Below are positions 1 through 12,351 of a stretch of DNA of 64,000 bases, in pieces. The stretch spans positions 49,850,791 through 49,914,790 of the forward strand of contig NC_057718.1 in assembly GCF_004010195.1 (NCBI RefSeq), given 5' to 3'. The notes under the pieces were generated by a model. That model was not told where the DNA came from and ran no database searches. It saw nothing but the letters and a program-made list of their open reading frames with translations. The DNA comes from Chiloscyllium plagiosum. Taxonomy: Eukaryota. The first letter of the stretch is position 1, and each line of letters starts with the position of its first letter. The position numbers and the translations under genes are program-made.

Positions 1-310
1 GGTGTTCTTGGAGAAGGAGCACGCGGTGTCGACCAACACCCTGGAGTTGTTCAGGGAGAGGTGGGCGCCGCAGGGAGTGGAGTGCATCATTTCTCCCTCC
101 AAATCTATTTTGATTTAGTCCCTACCCTCCCCCTCACTGTTTTGATCACATAGTACTGCCCTCTGATGTGAAGGGCAGTGTTTGTCACTGGCCACCCCGG
201 TGTTTTCCTATCTTCCTGGTGGTGGAATTTGAATAAAGATTCATGCACTTTGTGTCTTTCACTGTGTCTCACACCTGCACACACACACCATAGAAAAAAA
301 AAACTAAATA
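1..310 (+). mobile_element. 3' end of a Tx1-clade (L1-like) non-LTR retrotransposon: ORF2 C-terminus, 3' UTR, A-rich tail
   Basis: Frame 2..118 reads VFLEKEHAVSTNTLELFRERWAPQGVECIISPSKSILI*, resembling Tx1 ORF2 C-termini; AATAAA at ~232; A-run at ~294-312. Confidence 0.75.
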
Positions 311-399
311 AAACCATAGCAGTTGCTGATAATGCACTGATACCAGAGGACAACAGGTTGTTGGTGTGGAATGTGTCTGTCTCATTAAAGTTGTAAAGA

Positions 400-900
400 C
401 AGGATCCTGTTCTCTACCTGAAGTGTTAAGGAAATCTTCTATGGTCCTTCTCCACCACTTCTCGTCCATCTTCCATCTGAAGAAGAAAGCTTCCTGGTGA
501 GGACTTTCGTCTACTTGGCCCACCTGGTGAGGTCTGGTTTGCCCCTTGTTGATGTACAGTCTGTTCTGATATAATGTGATAGTTCCATTCTCATGCAAAC
601 TCATGTTATAAGAAAATTGTGCAATAGCCACTCCATTTAAACTGATGGGGCTGGAATTGCATCATAGCCAATATAGGTAAGGAAAGTTCGCATTCTCCAA
701 ATAACTGTCTAAACTCTTCAATCGTGTTAAAGCCAATTCACACTGACGAAACATGCATTATAGCAGAACCAACTGTCATATTTGTTGCGTTGGAGCTTAA
801 ACTGTGTTAATCACTTGCCAGAATTCTTTTAGTCAATGATCATGTGTCAACAACCCGTGAGATCAGATGACTATCATTCTTTCCCCCGCTCCATTTGAAA
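400..900 (-). pseudogene. Heavily decayed Gypsy integrase C-terminal remnant
   Basis: Across frameshifts the minus strand gives FPYLYWL*CNSSPISLNGVAIAQF and SPGSFLLQMEDGR..RR, matching the (D)PYLALL.Y.S.P..NG.SPAQL and PRS...EDG..RR motifs of Gypsy integrases. Confidence 0.4.
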
Positions 901-1524
901 GTTAGTTTTAATTCCTTTGAAGAACAACAACGTCTATTTCCCATAATGCTGCATCCATAATAGGTTAGTGTGGCACCAATAAATCATTTGTTTATATTGG
1001 TAGAAGGTTAATTTTTATTGCAACACAGTTAAATGAGATTTCATGCTACACAGGGAATACTAAATATGGAATACTGAAATAACTCAATTTCAAACAGGAC
1101 TCCAATTTCCAACAACTTCTGTTTTGAATAAGCTCCCTGTCATGGTATTATTTTAACATTTTATCATGGCACAAGCATTGAATTTGTTTCTCATGCTTTT
1201 GAGTATTTAATAAATAATACACATTGTTGAGTTTATTTTGATTTAGTAAGGTCTAGTGAAACTTGGTTACAATGGTTCCAGATATAAGGAACAGTACTAA
1301 CACTAATGTCCAGCGACAAGTTTTTTTCTCATTTTCATTTTCTTCTTGAGTATTTTTCAAGATTTTTTTAACCAAACACATGCACTTTGATTAGTTTTCC
1401 TTGGAAATCTGACACAAAGGTCAGCATTCCTGTCCCTGCGCATATGTTTACACAGTTTCTTTACTGAATTTCAGGGGCCTTCTCACTTCATGCTCATTTA
1501 TCAGATCAAAAGGACACAATCCTT

Positions 1525-1735
1525 TCCAGGATGGATGGCAAGTCTCATAAAATTTCACCACATTCTTTATGCAATCCTGGCCAACACAAATGTTTTCATA
1601 TTTTAGCCTGCGTTATCCTAATATTGAAGTGACCTGCCAGTGAAATTTTGTAAGCCACCATAAAATTTTATTATGATACTCAGATGGAATTACTACAGAT
1701 AGACTGCTATCCATTCCTCATTGGTTTATGTTTGA
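1525..1735 (-). pseudogene. Gypsy integrase zinc-binding (H2C2) domain remnant
   Basis: Minus strand with frameshifts: NEEWIAVY.VIPSEYHNKIL..AYKISLAGHFNIRITQAKI*KHLCWPGLHK..VKFYETCH. Confidence 0.7.
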
Positions 1736-2149
1736 GACATTCTCATTGTGCAACTGTGAGAACAACAGCTGAAGTTATTTTGTAGTTATCAGTTGTTTCT
1801 TTGAAGTTATTTGCAATATTAAGAAAATGGCTCTAGGTAAAGATTCTTCAGGTAATCACAGAGATAGATTTTAATGTAATTATAGATGCACATATATAAC
1901 AAAATTATAATTTCTAATAAATAATTAGGAAATAAATTCAAACAGAGATAAAATTAGTCTTGGGAAACAGTTTCCTTATCTCTAAAAAGATTCCTGGCAT
2001 GTCCTGTACAAAATTAATTGTTTGCAACTCATAAGCTAAAGAGTGCTAACAGTAGAAGTAGCTGTAAAACTTTGCATATAACTAACTTTATAATAGAAAT
2101 TAATATTACAAATCTTCTAACAGTTAGTTAGAACTAACTCTTTTTTTAT

Positions 2150-2500
2150 ATGTATGATTGGGACATTAAGTGGGAAAATATGAGGGGTAATGGAATTGAT
2201 AGAGATAGCATATGGAATATAATGAATAACAGAATTCAAGCAGTTTTTAGAGATAAGCAAGTCTGGAACATGTTCAAAACAGTATGGCCAGTAACTTTAG
2301 AAAACAAATTAATAGGATACATAAAAAGGTCCCAAGGCATGGAGATTGCAATGTCTGTTAAACTCCATGAGATTATGAGAACATGGGGCTGTCCATATGA
2401 ATGCTCATCATTGATTAATGTTTCACAGGATTGGATGTATAGAATAAGGGAAAGACCATGTTGTATGTGATTATTGAAACACAAAATGAATAAAAATGTT
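2150..2500 (+). pseudogene. Possible decayed L1/Tx1-like ORF2 C-terminus
   Basis: IKWE..G..I...IW motif; an alternative frame gives GDCNVC*TP*DYE (degenerate zinc knuckle); AATAAAAA follows at ~2489. Confidence 0.3.
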
Positions 2501-2627
2501 GTATGTCACTGTGAAAATCAGAATGTGACATTGATCTCTCTTCTGATCTAAACCAAAGATTAAGAGAATGACTGGGTTCTCACATCGAGGCCAGATTCAG
2601 GGAAGTCTTTGGCCCTCTCCCTGCATT

Positions 2628-2988
2628 AAGATTTGTTGTTCTGGTGAGACAGACTTCAAATAAACTGTTCTGAGCAGTGTTCTCATGAATCAAATACTTA
2701 GGGCTTTTTATAGGGCTTTTAATTAAATAGAATGAAGGGGAGGGTTTTCTGGATTCTGGTAGAACCAAGTGCTTGACCAGCCATGGCCATTTCCCTGGAC
2801 TGGAATCAGGAAAGCCTCTTGATTGATTGTTGTGGCACTTTCATTGACAGTAGTCCTCCAAGGCTTCACTAAGGACTGTACTCCTTTGACTTTCAGCCAT
2901 GTTGATTTGGTTGAAGCACATGCAGTGAGTTTGCTATGTAAACTATTGTGACATTGATGTAGCACACTGCTGTACAGCCAAGACTGCC
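2628..2988 (-). repeat. Left arm of a ~360-bp diverged inverted repeat
   Basis: Reverse complement aligns with 3732-4089; the ORF track shows near-identical peptides on opposite strands (2723..2965 minus, 3717..4025 plus). Confidence 0.9.
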
Positions 2989-3731
2989 ACGTGCCTGAAT
3001 CTTGCCTGCCTCCTGACTGTTTGTCACTGGTCGGGGGTTTTCGCTCCTATGAGGTGTAATTTCTTTTTCTCTCTCTTGAGTGGCATATGCAAGTTTGAGA
3101 AAGTAATTAAAATATAGCATATTGACATTGAGAAAGTATTTTTGATTTCCCCTTATGGTTTAAATGGTGAGTTTTGAATCTTGCTAACAAGTGGTGAGGG
3201 CCTTATCCATGCATTTGCATTTCATTAGCTGCCCCATTTCTCTGCTTCCTGTTCTCTTCTCCTTCCCTGAGGAATTAGATGGTGCCAATTCCCAACTTGA
3301 AATACACAGTGGTTATCTAGTAGTAGCAGTTTGCTACTTGTTTCTCTGGGCCTTCATGCAAATCCACATTCATTACAATGTCCCTTCATGCTCCATGGAC
3401 ACCATAACAAGTCAACATGAGCAAAACACCAGCCTCATCACATCATTTTTTCAGATTAACTCACACACCACTTCAGCAATTCAAGACCTTGCTTTGGAGT
3501 TTTGGGCCACTTCCAATCTGCACAATTCTGCCAGGTAACTTAATGTTTACACAGACATGCATTCCATGTAGCAACACGGGATAAGTATTATGGCTCTTAG
3601 ACTAATTTCTCAGCACTCACTTACTTTGCACCGATTTGGATGCCTCCAGTGTCTATGGATGCATGGGTTTATTTAGCACCAAGGGAAAGGTAGGCAACTC
3701 ATCTTAGTTTAGTGCAGTGGACAGCAAAGAG

Positions 3732-4089
3732 GGTAGTGTGGCTGTACAGCAGTGTGCTACATCAATGTCACATCTACATAGTAGTTTACATAGCAAACTC
3801 ACTGCACGTGCTTCAACCAAACCAACATGGCTGAAAATCAAAGGAGTACAGCCCTTAGTGATGTCTTGGAGGACTACTGTCAATGAAGGTGCCACAACAA
3901 TCAATCAAGAGGTTTTTCTGATTCCACTCCAGGGAAGTGGCCATGGTTGGTCAAGCACTTGGTCCTACCAGAATCCAGGGAACCCTCCCCCTCATTCTAT
4001 TTCATTAAAAGCCCTATGTATTTGATTCATGAGAACCCTGCCCCCAGAACAGTTCATTTGAAGTCTGTCTCACCAGAACAACACATCTT
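3732..4089 (+). repeat. Right arm of a ~360-bp diverged inverted repeat
   Basis: Ends gaagtctgtctcaccagaacaacacatctt, the near reverse complement of aagatttgttgttctggtgagacagacttc at 2628. Confidence 0.9.
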
Positions 4090-5629
4090 TTATTCCAGTT
4101 TATATTTACATCACAAATATAGTTATAAAATAGATATGTTTGTATAAGTGAAAGAAACTTTACAATAATATGTGACATCTATGTACCCTCAGTTAGTATT
4201 TTTCTTTGTTTTCCACCAACTACATGTAAGTGCATTCCTGACTTCTGTAGCTGGCATGGAGGAAGCATGCACTTCAGTTGGCCCCTGAGGCTTGGATGAC
4301 TTAGCTGCTCATTCTTGGGAAAGCTTTGGCCTAGATGGGTCAGGCCTACTGAGAGCATCCTCCCAGGATGCAAGTTCGGGTTCCTCAGTTTGAACTTCTG
4401 CAGGCCTTGTCATGACTAACAGTGGGGAGTTGATGGTCCTGACATTTCAGCAATGCCCTGAAGGGAAGATTCTGGGGGGCATGTGAGTGTGGTTCCTCTG
4501 CCATCTATAAGACTGCCGGCATCACTCCTGTCTCCCTGAGGTGATGTGGCACCTGGAGTGAGGTCAAGATTCTGTTGCCCCTCTTACTTTGCCATTGATG
4601 CTGACCATTTACAGAGATACAGTACAGATCCATACGTATATACTAAAGAAAGTGAGTGTGCTGGACCCTGAATCTCCATGGTGATGGACAGCGTGTGTAT
4701 AAAGGTAATCAGATCCATGCATACTGGAGCCAGTACAGTACTGGTAACATTGGTGGAATCCTGAATCCTTTGATCAGTTTACTGACCTCCTCTAATAAAC
4801 CAGATTGATTTTCCTGTATGTACAGTTTTAAAAGTTATTAGTTGGCAAAATCACAGTCATCTTTTGCCTGGGGCTGAGCAGTTCCGTGAGTGCCAGAGTT
4901 GGCATTTCTTCCTGAAGGAGTTGCAGATACCTGTCAGGGATGTGCTCACTTGTTTGTAGTTCTAGAAAGAGATAAATGTCTCTGAGCTGGTGGAAGGCTT
5001 GGGTAAATGCCTTGCCCCTCAGAGGATTCAATAGCTTCTTTGCCAGAAATGGAGGTGGAACTGAAGGTCTCTGGTGCTGTTCTCTTCTTAGCAGAGATTC
5101 ACTGGGTTGCTGCTAGTGCTTGCACTGGAGAAAAGAATGAGTCACTTGCATAAAGGGATAAAATCTTGTACTGATTATATCTGACTTGGGTATGGAAGAA
5201 CAATGCAGATAAGTGACAATGAAGCTTACTGAGTTAATCGCACTGTTCTCCAGACAAATTGAGCATTTTTTTCCTCACATAGTGCAAGCAACATTAAGGC
5301 CAACATCTCCCCACTGCTCTTTGACTCTCTGTCTCATTGTGAGCCATTTTATTCTTACAATGGAATAAAAGGAGGGTTTGGTGTGATGGAAGTGGACTAA
5401 AGAGCATTTACTGATGATACTGGAGTAGGAGAGATGGTGAGGTGTCCCCATTGAGTGAGCATGAAGCTCAGAGGGGAGGAAGAGTTTGTCATTTAGCAGG
5501 ATGAGGTGGGTGAGAGCTGTTAATTGGACGTGCTGCATGCTGTTGTGAGAATTGCCATCAACGGATCTTTGGTGAAAAGTGTGTGCAGTGGCAGATTTCA
5601 GTTGAATGATGGTACTTTAAGAGATGCCT

Positions 5630-6340
5630 CTTAAATGTCACCATTGTGCCTGCTTCCACCTCCTCCTCTGGCAATGCGTTCCAGGCTCCTAACACTTTTT
5701 GTATGAAAAACGTCCCTCACACATCTCTCTTAAATTTGCCCCCTCTCACTTTGAACCTATGGCCTCTTGTAATTGGAAAAAAACATGGGAAAAAAAACCC
5801 TCTGACCATCCACCCTATCTATGCCTCTCATAATCTTGTAGACTTCTATCAGGTCTCCTCTCAGCATCAGCTTTCCAGTGAAAACAATCCCAGTCTTTTT
5901 AACCTTACCTCGGAGCTAATGCCCTTGAGACCAGACAACATCCTGGTGAACCTTCTCTGCACTCTCTCTAAAGCTTCCACATCCTTCTGCTCATGTGGTG
6001 ACCCAAACTGTACAGAATACTCCAAATGCATCCTAACAAGGGTTTTATATAGCTGCAACATGGTTTTCCAACTCTTTACTCCATGTCATATGCCTTCGTA
6101 ATCACCTTGGCCACCTATGATGCTACTTTTAGGGATCTGTGGACTTGCACATCCAAATCCATCTGTCTGTTAATGTTCCTAAGGGTTCTGCCCTTTACAG
6201 TATAAATCCCACCTAGGTTTGATCCTCCAAAATACATCACCTCACATTTGTCTGGATTAAACTCCATTTGCCATTTCTATGCCTAAGTCGCCAATCTATC
6301 GATATTCTGTTGTATTCTTTCACAATCGTCACAGAGCAAA
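5630..6340 (-). mobile_element. CR1 LINE fragment (RT C-terminal region)
   Basis: ORF 5867..6061: LYKTLVRMHLEYSVQFGSP..KDVEALERVQRRFTRM, a CR1 ORF2 signature. Confidence 0.9.
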
Positions 6341-6839
6341 GACAATCTTTGACTCTCCTCCTTCAGTGCTGGGCATTTCCTTTAACCTGGGAAACTACAC
6401 TGATGCAGGTCACTACCTTAATCCAGATTGGCTGATTCTGGCAGAATGGCCTCCTTTGCTGGTTAGCAGGCAAAACAAATGGCTATCCTCGCCACCACCC
6501 AGTCAACCAAGACTTCCAGATTCCTGTCAGCAAAGTGAGCTTTTATTCCTGACCATGTCCTTGCTAATAACCAGCTCCTGGCTTGTAGCATCTGAAGTGA
6601 GCCCTGTGAGTAGTGAACATCTCCCTCTGTCCTGGTTAATGATGCCACAAGGCAGGCGTTGAAGAGCCAAGATGTCTACTAAATGAGGTGAAAAATGGAT
6701 GTTTGTATGTGAAAAATCAACATGGGCCATGGCATCTCACTCAATAAAGCAAATTGGGCCCTTTATTTATTTTACTTATGAATTTTAACTTTTATCAGTT
6801 TATCCTCCATCACCCTGTCACTTTAATTTTACCTGCAAA

Positions 6840-7047
6840 TGTGTATGCGAGTGCATGTATGTATGTGTGAGGTAGTGATTCAAAATGTCTGTGTGCATGT
6901 TTGAGAGTGTTTGTGTGTTTGCATGTGTGACTCTGTGAGTGTCTGGATGAGTGTGTCTGTGTCTCTGTATATGTTTTTCTACATGTGAGTGAGTGTATCT
7001 GAATGTTTGTGTTTCTGTGTACGTGTGCATTAATGTGTGCGTGTGAG
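6840..7047. repeat. Degenerate (TG)n-rich microsatellite
   Basis: About 200 bp of interrupted tg/gt repeats. Confidence 0.9.
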
Positions 7048-7409
7048 ACTTTACCTGAATTAGTTTTAGCAATTAAGTTCCTTAATCACTAAACTCAATT
7101 AATCTAGTGGTTTATTTCTCAACACCAAGCTACACATAGCTAAGTTATAATAGGTGCTTGTTGTTTTCCAAAGAGAATGAAGTATTTTTACAACTTTAAC
7201 CATATATCTACCCATTTCTGTCAGGCAGGTAGGACTGTGCTCTAGTTAGTGTCAAGTGTTTATTGGAACAGGTATAAATGTTTTACTGATTCATCTGTCA
7301 ATATATATGATCCTGTTTTTGAGAACACCGTCATCTGAATAAATTTTAAAGTTGCAGCGTTTACAAATGCAGTAGTTATTACCATTTTAAACATGAAACA
7401 AACAAATTT

Positions 7410-8157
7410 AGGGCTTATATAATTATGATAAGGCCTTGGGTAGTGTTGTAGAACAGAGAGATCTGGGGTGTAGATATATAATTCTTTGAAATTTGTGTCA
7501 CACAAAGCCAGGGTGGTTAAAAAGGCATTTGGCACGCTTGCCTTCATTCCTCAGTCCTTTGAGTAGAGGAGTTGGGAAGTCATATTGAGGTTGTACAGGA
7601 CGTTGGTGAAGCCTCTTCTGGAATACTGTGTCCAATTCTGGTTGCCCCGTTATAGGGAGGATATTATTAACCGGAGGGGGTTCAGAAGAGATTTACCAGG
7701 ATGTTGCTGGATATGGAAGATTTTAAGTTATAAACAAAGGTTGCATATGCTGGGACTTTTCCCATTGGAGTGTCGGAGGTTGAGAAGTGATCTACTACAA
7801 GTTACAAAATAATGAGAGGTATAGATAGGGTTAACTGTAATGGTTTTTTTTCCCTAGGAAGGAGGATTTCAAGAGTGGGGGCATATTTTAAGGTGAGAGG
7901 AGAGAGATTTTAAAAAGACATGAGAGGTTTTTTTTACGTAATGGGTAGATCACACGTGGGATGAACTTCCTGACCAATTGGTGGATGTGGGTACAATGAC
8001 AACATTTGGATGGCTACATGAATAGGAAAGGTTTGGAGGGATGTGGGCCATGAGCAGGCAGGTGGAACTAGCTTAGTTTTGGTTTATGATTGGCATAGAC
8101 TGTTTGGACCAAAGGGTCTGTTTTCATGCTGTATGACTCCATGATTCTATGACTATC
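7410..8157 (+). mobile_element. CR1 LINE, 5'-truncated 3' portion
   Basis: ORF 7585..7812 LYRTLVKPLLEYCVQFW...LFPLECRRLRSDL; CR1 3' tail ...tgtatgactccatgattctatgac. Confidence 0.9.
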
Positions 8158-8249
8158 ACTGCTTGTTTCTTAATAGATCTCTTCTTCATACTACGATGAT
8201 TGGCTTAGTGAAGTGCTTGTCATTAGTAACTGAAAATTGTGAGGGCCCT

Positions 8250-8360
8250 TTTGTGGCACAGGGGTAGTGCCCATACCTCTGGATAAGGAGGCATGAGTTC
8301 AAGTCCAGCCTGCTCCAGAGGTGTGTATTAACATCTCCTAACATGTTGAATAGAAAAATA
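8250..8360 (+). mobile_element. Short tRNA-derived SINE
   Basis: A-box-like tggcacaggggtag and B-box-like gagttcaagtcc; homologous to 23018-23097. Confidence 0.6.
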
Positions 8361-9702
8361 GATAAACTTAAAAAATAATTAACTGAAAGTTGTAAGCCCC
8401 ATCAACAAAGCTATTGCCTATGAAGTATTTAAGAAGTAAATGGAACAACATCTGGCAACTGATGCAGTTCAGTAAGAGGGGCAGTGAAAGAGGATCCCTC
8501 TGCAAGATGTTGGATTGGAGCAGGAAATCCCTATGTCGATTGAACTCAAGAGCCATGACTTTTGTTCCTGGTAGGGTGCACAGAACAGAAAATGTCCAGC
8601 TCCATGAATCCACTTTAAATAAGATTTCTCACACTTCCTTTCTTTGATGTGGGGTGGAGGAGCGGGATTGGGTGACCTAGGAAGAGACTAAGATGTTGCC
8701 AGTTCCCATGCTGAGCAGAAATCACTGTGGTCAAACTTTAAAAATAATAATTAGAACCTAAAACATTGCTTCTGCTCTCACTTGACACTGTCCATGTCCC
8801 AGCTCTCCAGCCCTCTTATGCTCACCTACCTACACCCATGATCACTGGTACCTGTTCTGATCTCCATATCTTGACTTCCAGTCACCGCAGACTCCAAAAT
8901 CCCATTTCTGCCAAGGCAGCTGATTTTTTTTTAAATTGCCAGCTACGTCTGGAAGCCATGCTTGTATTAATAGTCAATGCCCATCCCGTCTCCAAGAAAA
9001 TGAGAAATGCTGGGTTTGAGACTGGGGCTTGGGATTCCTGATGTCTTCTAGCATTATCATCACAACTAAGACTCTCTCTAATTTAGTGAGGGATAACTAT
9101 CAACATGCCTGTACTTCACAGCCAATGAGTAAAAAGCTAACATTTATTTTAGAATTGTGCATCGACCTAAACAGGCAGCATTGGATTGAATTTACAGGTG
9201 GTTATTTTACCTTTCAGGGTCTATGTTTTAGGGTGAGAATTAGTTAAATCTTTGCTGTTTTCTATATTAAGGAGTACCAGGAAATGTGTACCTTATAATG
9301 ACTCGACTACACTGTTTGATCGTGTTGTCCAGGAAGAACTTATACATTAATATATGACATTTACCACTAGGTGGAGTACAGAGCAAGCATTCATCCAGAC
9401 AAACCAGAATATATCCCTAAATGAGAGATGCTAAGAATTGTTGAGACACAATTGATACTGATAACTAGGTGCACAGATCACTAAATGCTGTCACTACTCC
9501 CTCACTCACCATCCTCTCTTCTCTTTCCTCATTTCTCTCTCTTTTTTTCCCAGTTCTTTCTCTGATTTTACCACCTTTCCCTTTTTGGAATTGCATCCTT
9601 TCTTCCGATTGTTTCTATCTTACTCCCCTGTTTCCTCCTCCGTGTATCCCTTTGTTCTCCAGTCACTTCTCCACTCCTGTCTTCCCTGGCATTCTTTCGT
9701 AT

Positions 9703-9810
9703 GAAATAAAAACCGAAAGAACTGCGGATGCTGTAAATCAGAAACAAAAACAGAAGTTGCTGGAAAAGCACAGCAGGTCAAGCAGCTTCTGTGAAGAGGA
9801 ATCAAAGTTA
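9703..9810 (-). mobile_element. Penelope-like terminal arm (truncated)
   Basis: actgcggatgctg...tgctggaaaagcacagcaggtcaagcagc, shared with the palindromic PLE arms elsewhere in the window. Confidence 0.7.
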
Positions 9811-10204
9811 TGCAATGACATGTGCTTTGCAGACCTATGTAAAATGGCTAAAGAATGTTACCCAAGAATGAAGCTCTTGAAGAAAAGGTTGAGATTTTAT
9901 GATGGAATGTTGCTCACCCAAAGAGGATTTATGAAGTTGAGAACCCAAATGCAATCAGAAAGACAAAGATACCCATTTCCAGAAGGTAGACACTATGTAA
10001 AACCTACTCACCTCAGCTGAAGCAAGTCAGGTTTGGAATGATAATCCTATAAAGCCTGTAAAAGATTTCCAATATATTTTAAGTTACTAAGAAATTAATT
10101 ACTGAAAAAAAAACCCATGGAGGATTCCAAAAGTAATGCAAGTTTATGGACTGCCTGAAGATCATGAAGCAGGAATCCTTTACTCTACTGGCATCAGGTA
10201 TTTA

Positions 10205-10455
10205 TAAATATGAAGGTTAAACTGGTTGGAGGAAAATATAGAGGTGGGTTCTTTACACAGAGAGTTGTGAGAGCATGGAATGCATTGCCAACAGCAGTTG
10301 TGGAAGCAAAGTCATTTGGGGACATTTAAGAGACTCCTGGGCATGCATATGGCCACAGAAATTTGAGGGTGCATACATGAGGATCAATGGTCGGCACAAC
10401 ATCGTGGGCTGAAGGGCCTGTTCTGTGCTGTACTATTCTATGTTCTATGTTCTAA
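10205..10455 (+). mobile_element. CR1 LINE 3' end
   Basis: FFTQRVVRAWNALP motif followed by a (ttctatg)n tail. Confidence 0.85.
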
Positions 10456-10889
10456 ACTAGGAAAACAAAGTATTTACACAGAATTAGGAGGGTAGTTCAC
10501 AACTACTTCAGGAAGTTCTTTGCCAGTCTCTTCCTTTCTCTGTAAGGCTTCCCTCTGCTAATGACACTGTTTCCTTCAGAGGCGATCTGCTTGACTGCTT
10601 AAGCTGCCCTGATTGGTGCCCTCCCTCACTGTTGCTGCCTACTGTTGAAGGCCCAGTTAGACAAAGTGTATTTTCATTGGACTTAGCTGTGTTCCTGATG
10701 ACTATCATCTCAAAGTAGATGACAGCATGAGACACATTCAGCATCTGGCGAGAAGAATTCCAATAATAAGATGAAGAAGATAAAGAATGCATTTGACAGA
10801 TGTCTGTGTTTTATTTTCATTTATTCCTGTGGAGTAAGTTCAGTATTTGTTGCTCATTCTTAATTGCCCTTTGTAGTTAATACAGGTAA

Positions 10890-11580
10890 GAACCAGGCTA
10901 AAAATAGAAAGTTCAGAGGGGAAATGAGAAAAAGAAATAACAAAAGCCATGAGAGAGTATGAGAAAAAGCTTCTTGCTAACCCAGAAAGGAATCCAAAAG
11001 GCTTCTATTGACATACAAAGAATAAAAGAATGGTTAAAGAAAACAGTTGTTTTGAGACAGGAACTTATACTTGGAGGCAATGAGCATGTGCAAGGCATTA
11101 CAGGAACACTTTGCAGCTGTTTTTACAAAGGGAAAAGATGTTTCCCAAGTCACAGTGAAAATTCACATGTTCAAGATAATGGACAGGCTAAAAATTGGTG
11201 AAGAGGAGGCATTAAAAAGACTAGTTATGTTTGAAGCTAATAAGTCACCTGGATTGATTCACATGCATCTGAGGATAGTGAGAGAAGTAGGAGTAGAAGT
11301 TAAAATGGCACTGGCTGCAATCTTCCAATCCTTGTTTTGGGAGTGGGAGCAGCACCAAGAGAATTGCAAATGTTGCAGCCTTGTTTAAAATATGTGTAGT
11401 GGTAAACACAATATCCACAGCCAGTCAGTTTAACTTTTGTAGTGGGAAATCATTTAGAAAGGATAATTCAAGGCAAAATAAATTGTTGAATGTTGGAGTT
11501 TGAAGACGACAATGCAGTTGATGGGATGTACATGGAATTCAAGAAGCTTTTCAATAAAGTACCACATCACCAGCTTGTAA
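10890..11580 (+). mobile_element. Old CR1 ORF2 fragment
   Basis: HFAAVFTK...NKSPGLIHMHLRIVREV...LAAIFQSL, then remnants of the VD..YM.F.K.F.KVPH motif. Confidence 0.8.
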
Positions 11581-11749
11581 GGTGATCAACCAACTACACA
11601 GTGAGAAATGTTTTACTGGGCTCCGAGGTGTATTTAGATGATATGGCAATGTTTTTCTCTAAAGGGTTACTAATATTCGTAACAAAAACAGGATATTTCT
11701 GAAACATATAACCTTTCTAAATTGGAAACTGTGATTGTGTTCCTAAGTT

Positions 11750-12351
11750 TTGGATGTAGGTTTGCTCGCTGAACTTGAAGGTTCATTTCCAGATGTTTCA
11801 TCACCTACTAGGTAACATCTTCAACTAGCAAAACTAATGTCATTTACAAAATACCACATAGGGACTGTAACAAACTCTACATTGGACAAACAGGCAGAAA
11901 ACTAGCCATCAGGATACATGAACACCAACTAGCCACAAAAAGACATGACCCTCTCTCACTAGTGTCCTTACATACGGATGAGGAAGGACACCACTTCGTC
12001 TGGGACAACACGTCCATTCTAGGACAAGCCAAACAAAGACATGCACAAGAATTCATAGAAGCACGGCATTCCAACCAGAACTCTATCAACAAACACATCA
12101 AGTTAGACCCTATCTAATTCCCCCTGAGGAAAGGAACAGGAAGTGACCTCACCACAGGAAATAACATCACCAACCCAAAGAAACCCAAACATATAGATAG
12201 AAAGCCAGAATTTTTAGCAGTGCTTTGCCTGAGGCCCACTGAAGATTTTACCTAGTAGGGTGACAAAACATCCGGAAATGAACCTTCAACCTCAGCGAGC
12301 AAACCTACATCTAAAACCTCAACCTGAGCTACAAATCTTCTCAAAACTCGC
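11750..12351 (+). mobile_element. Penelope-like element: GIY-YIG endonuclease end plus pLTR, with an inverted pLTR piece at the 5' side
   Basis: Open frame 11824..12117 NVIYKIPHRDCNKLYIGQTGRKLAIRIHEH...EFIEARHS..SINKHIKLDPI*; ~11750-11823 is inverted relative to ~12240-12315; 14-bp TSD tgtg(t/c)tcctaagtt at 11736-11749 and 12352-12365. Confidence 0.92.

Noticed and set aside
269..631. 120-aa minus-strand ORF that looked like a novel or viral glycoprotein
   Set aside because: Upstream in-frame stops and frameshifted Gypsy integrase motifs; its hydrophobic tail is just the antisense of the Tx1 A-tail.
2150..2470. 106-aa Trp-rich ORF
   Set aside because: Better explained as a frameshifted LINE ORF2 C-terminus; no support as a gene.
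3717..4025. Paired ORFs in the inverted-repeat arms as a duplicated gene
   Set aside because: Starts and stops differ between arms, indels are present, and no domain is recognisable.
4200..6770. Possible Harbinger/Myb-SANT-type DNA transposon remnants (also ~33450-34350, ~39130-39800, ~62900-63370)
   Set aside because: Only faint motif resemblance; no TIRs, TSDs or catalytic motifs could be confirmed by eye.
6818..7072. His/Thr-rich ORF
   Set aside because: Translation of the (CA)n microsatellite.
9469..10020. 183-aa ORF
   Set aside because: Chimera of a pyrimidine-rich tract, a PLE arm and a probable LTR-element scrap.
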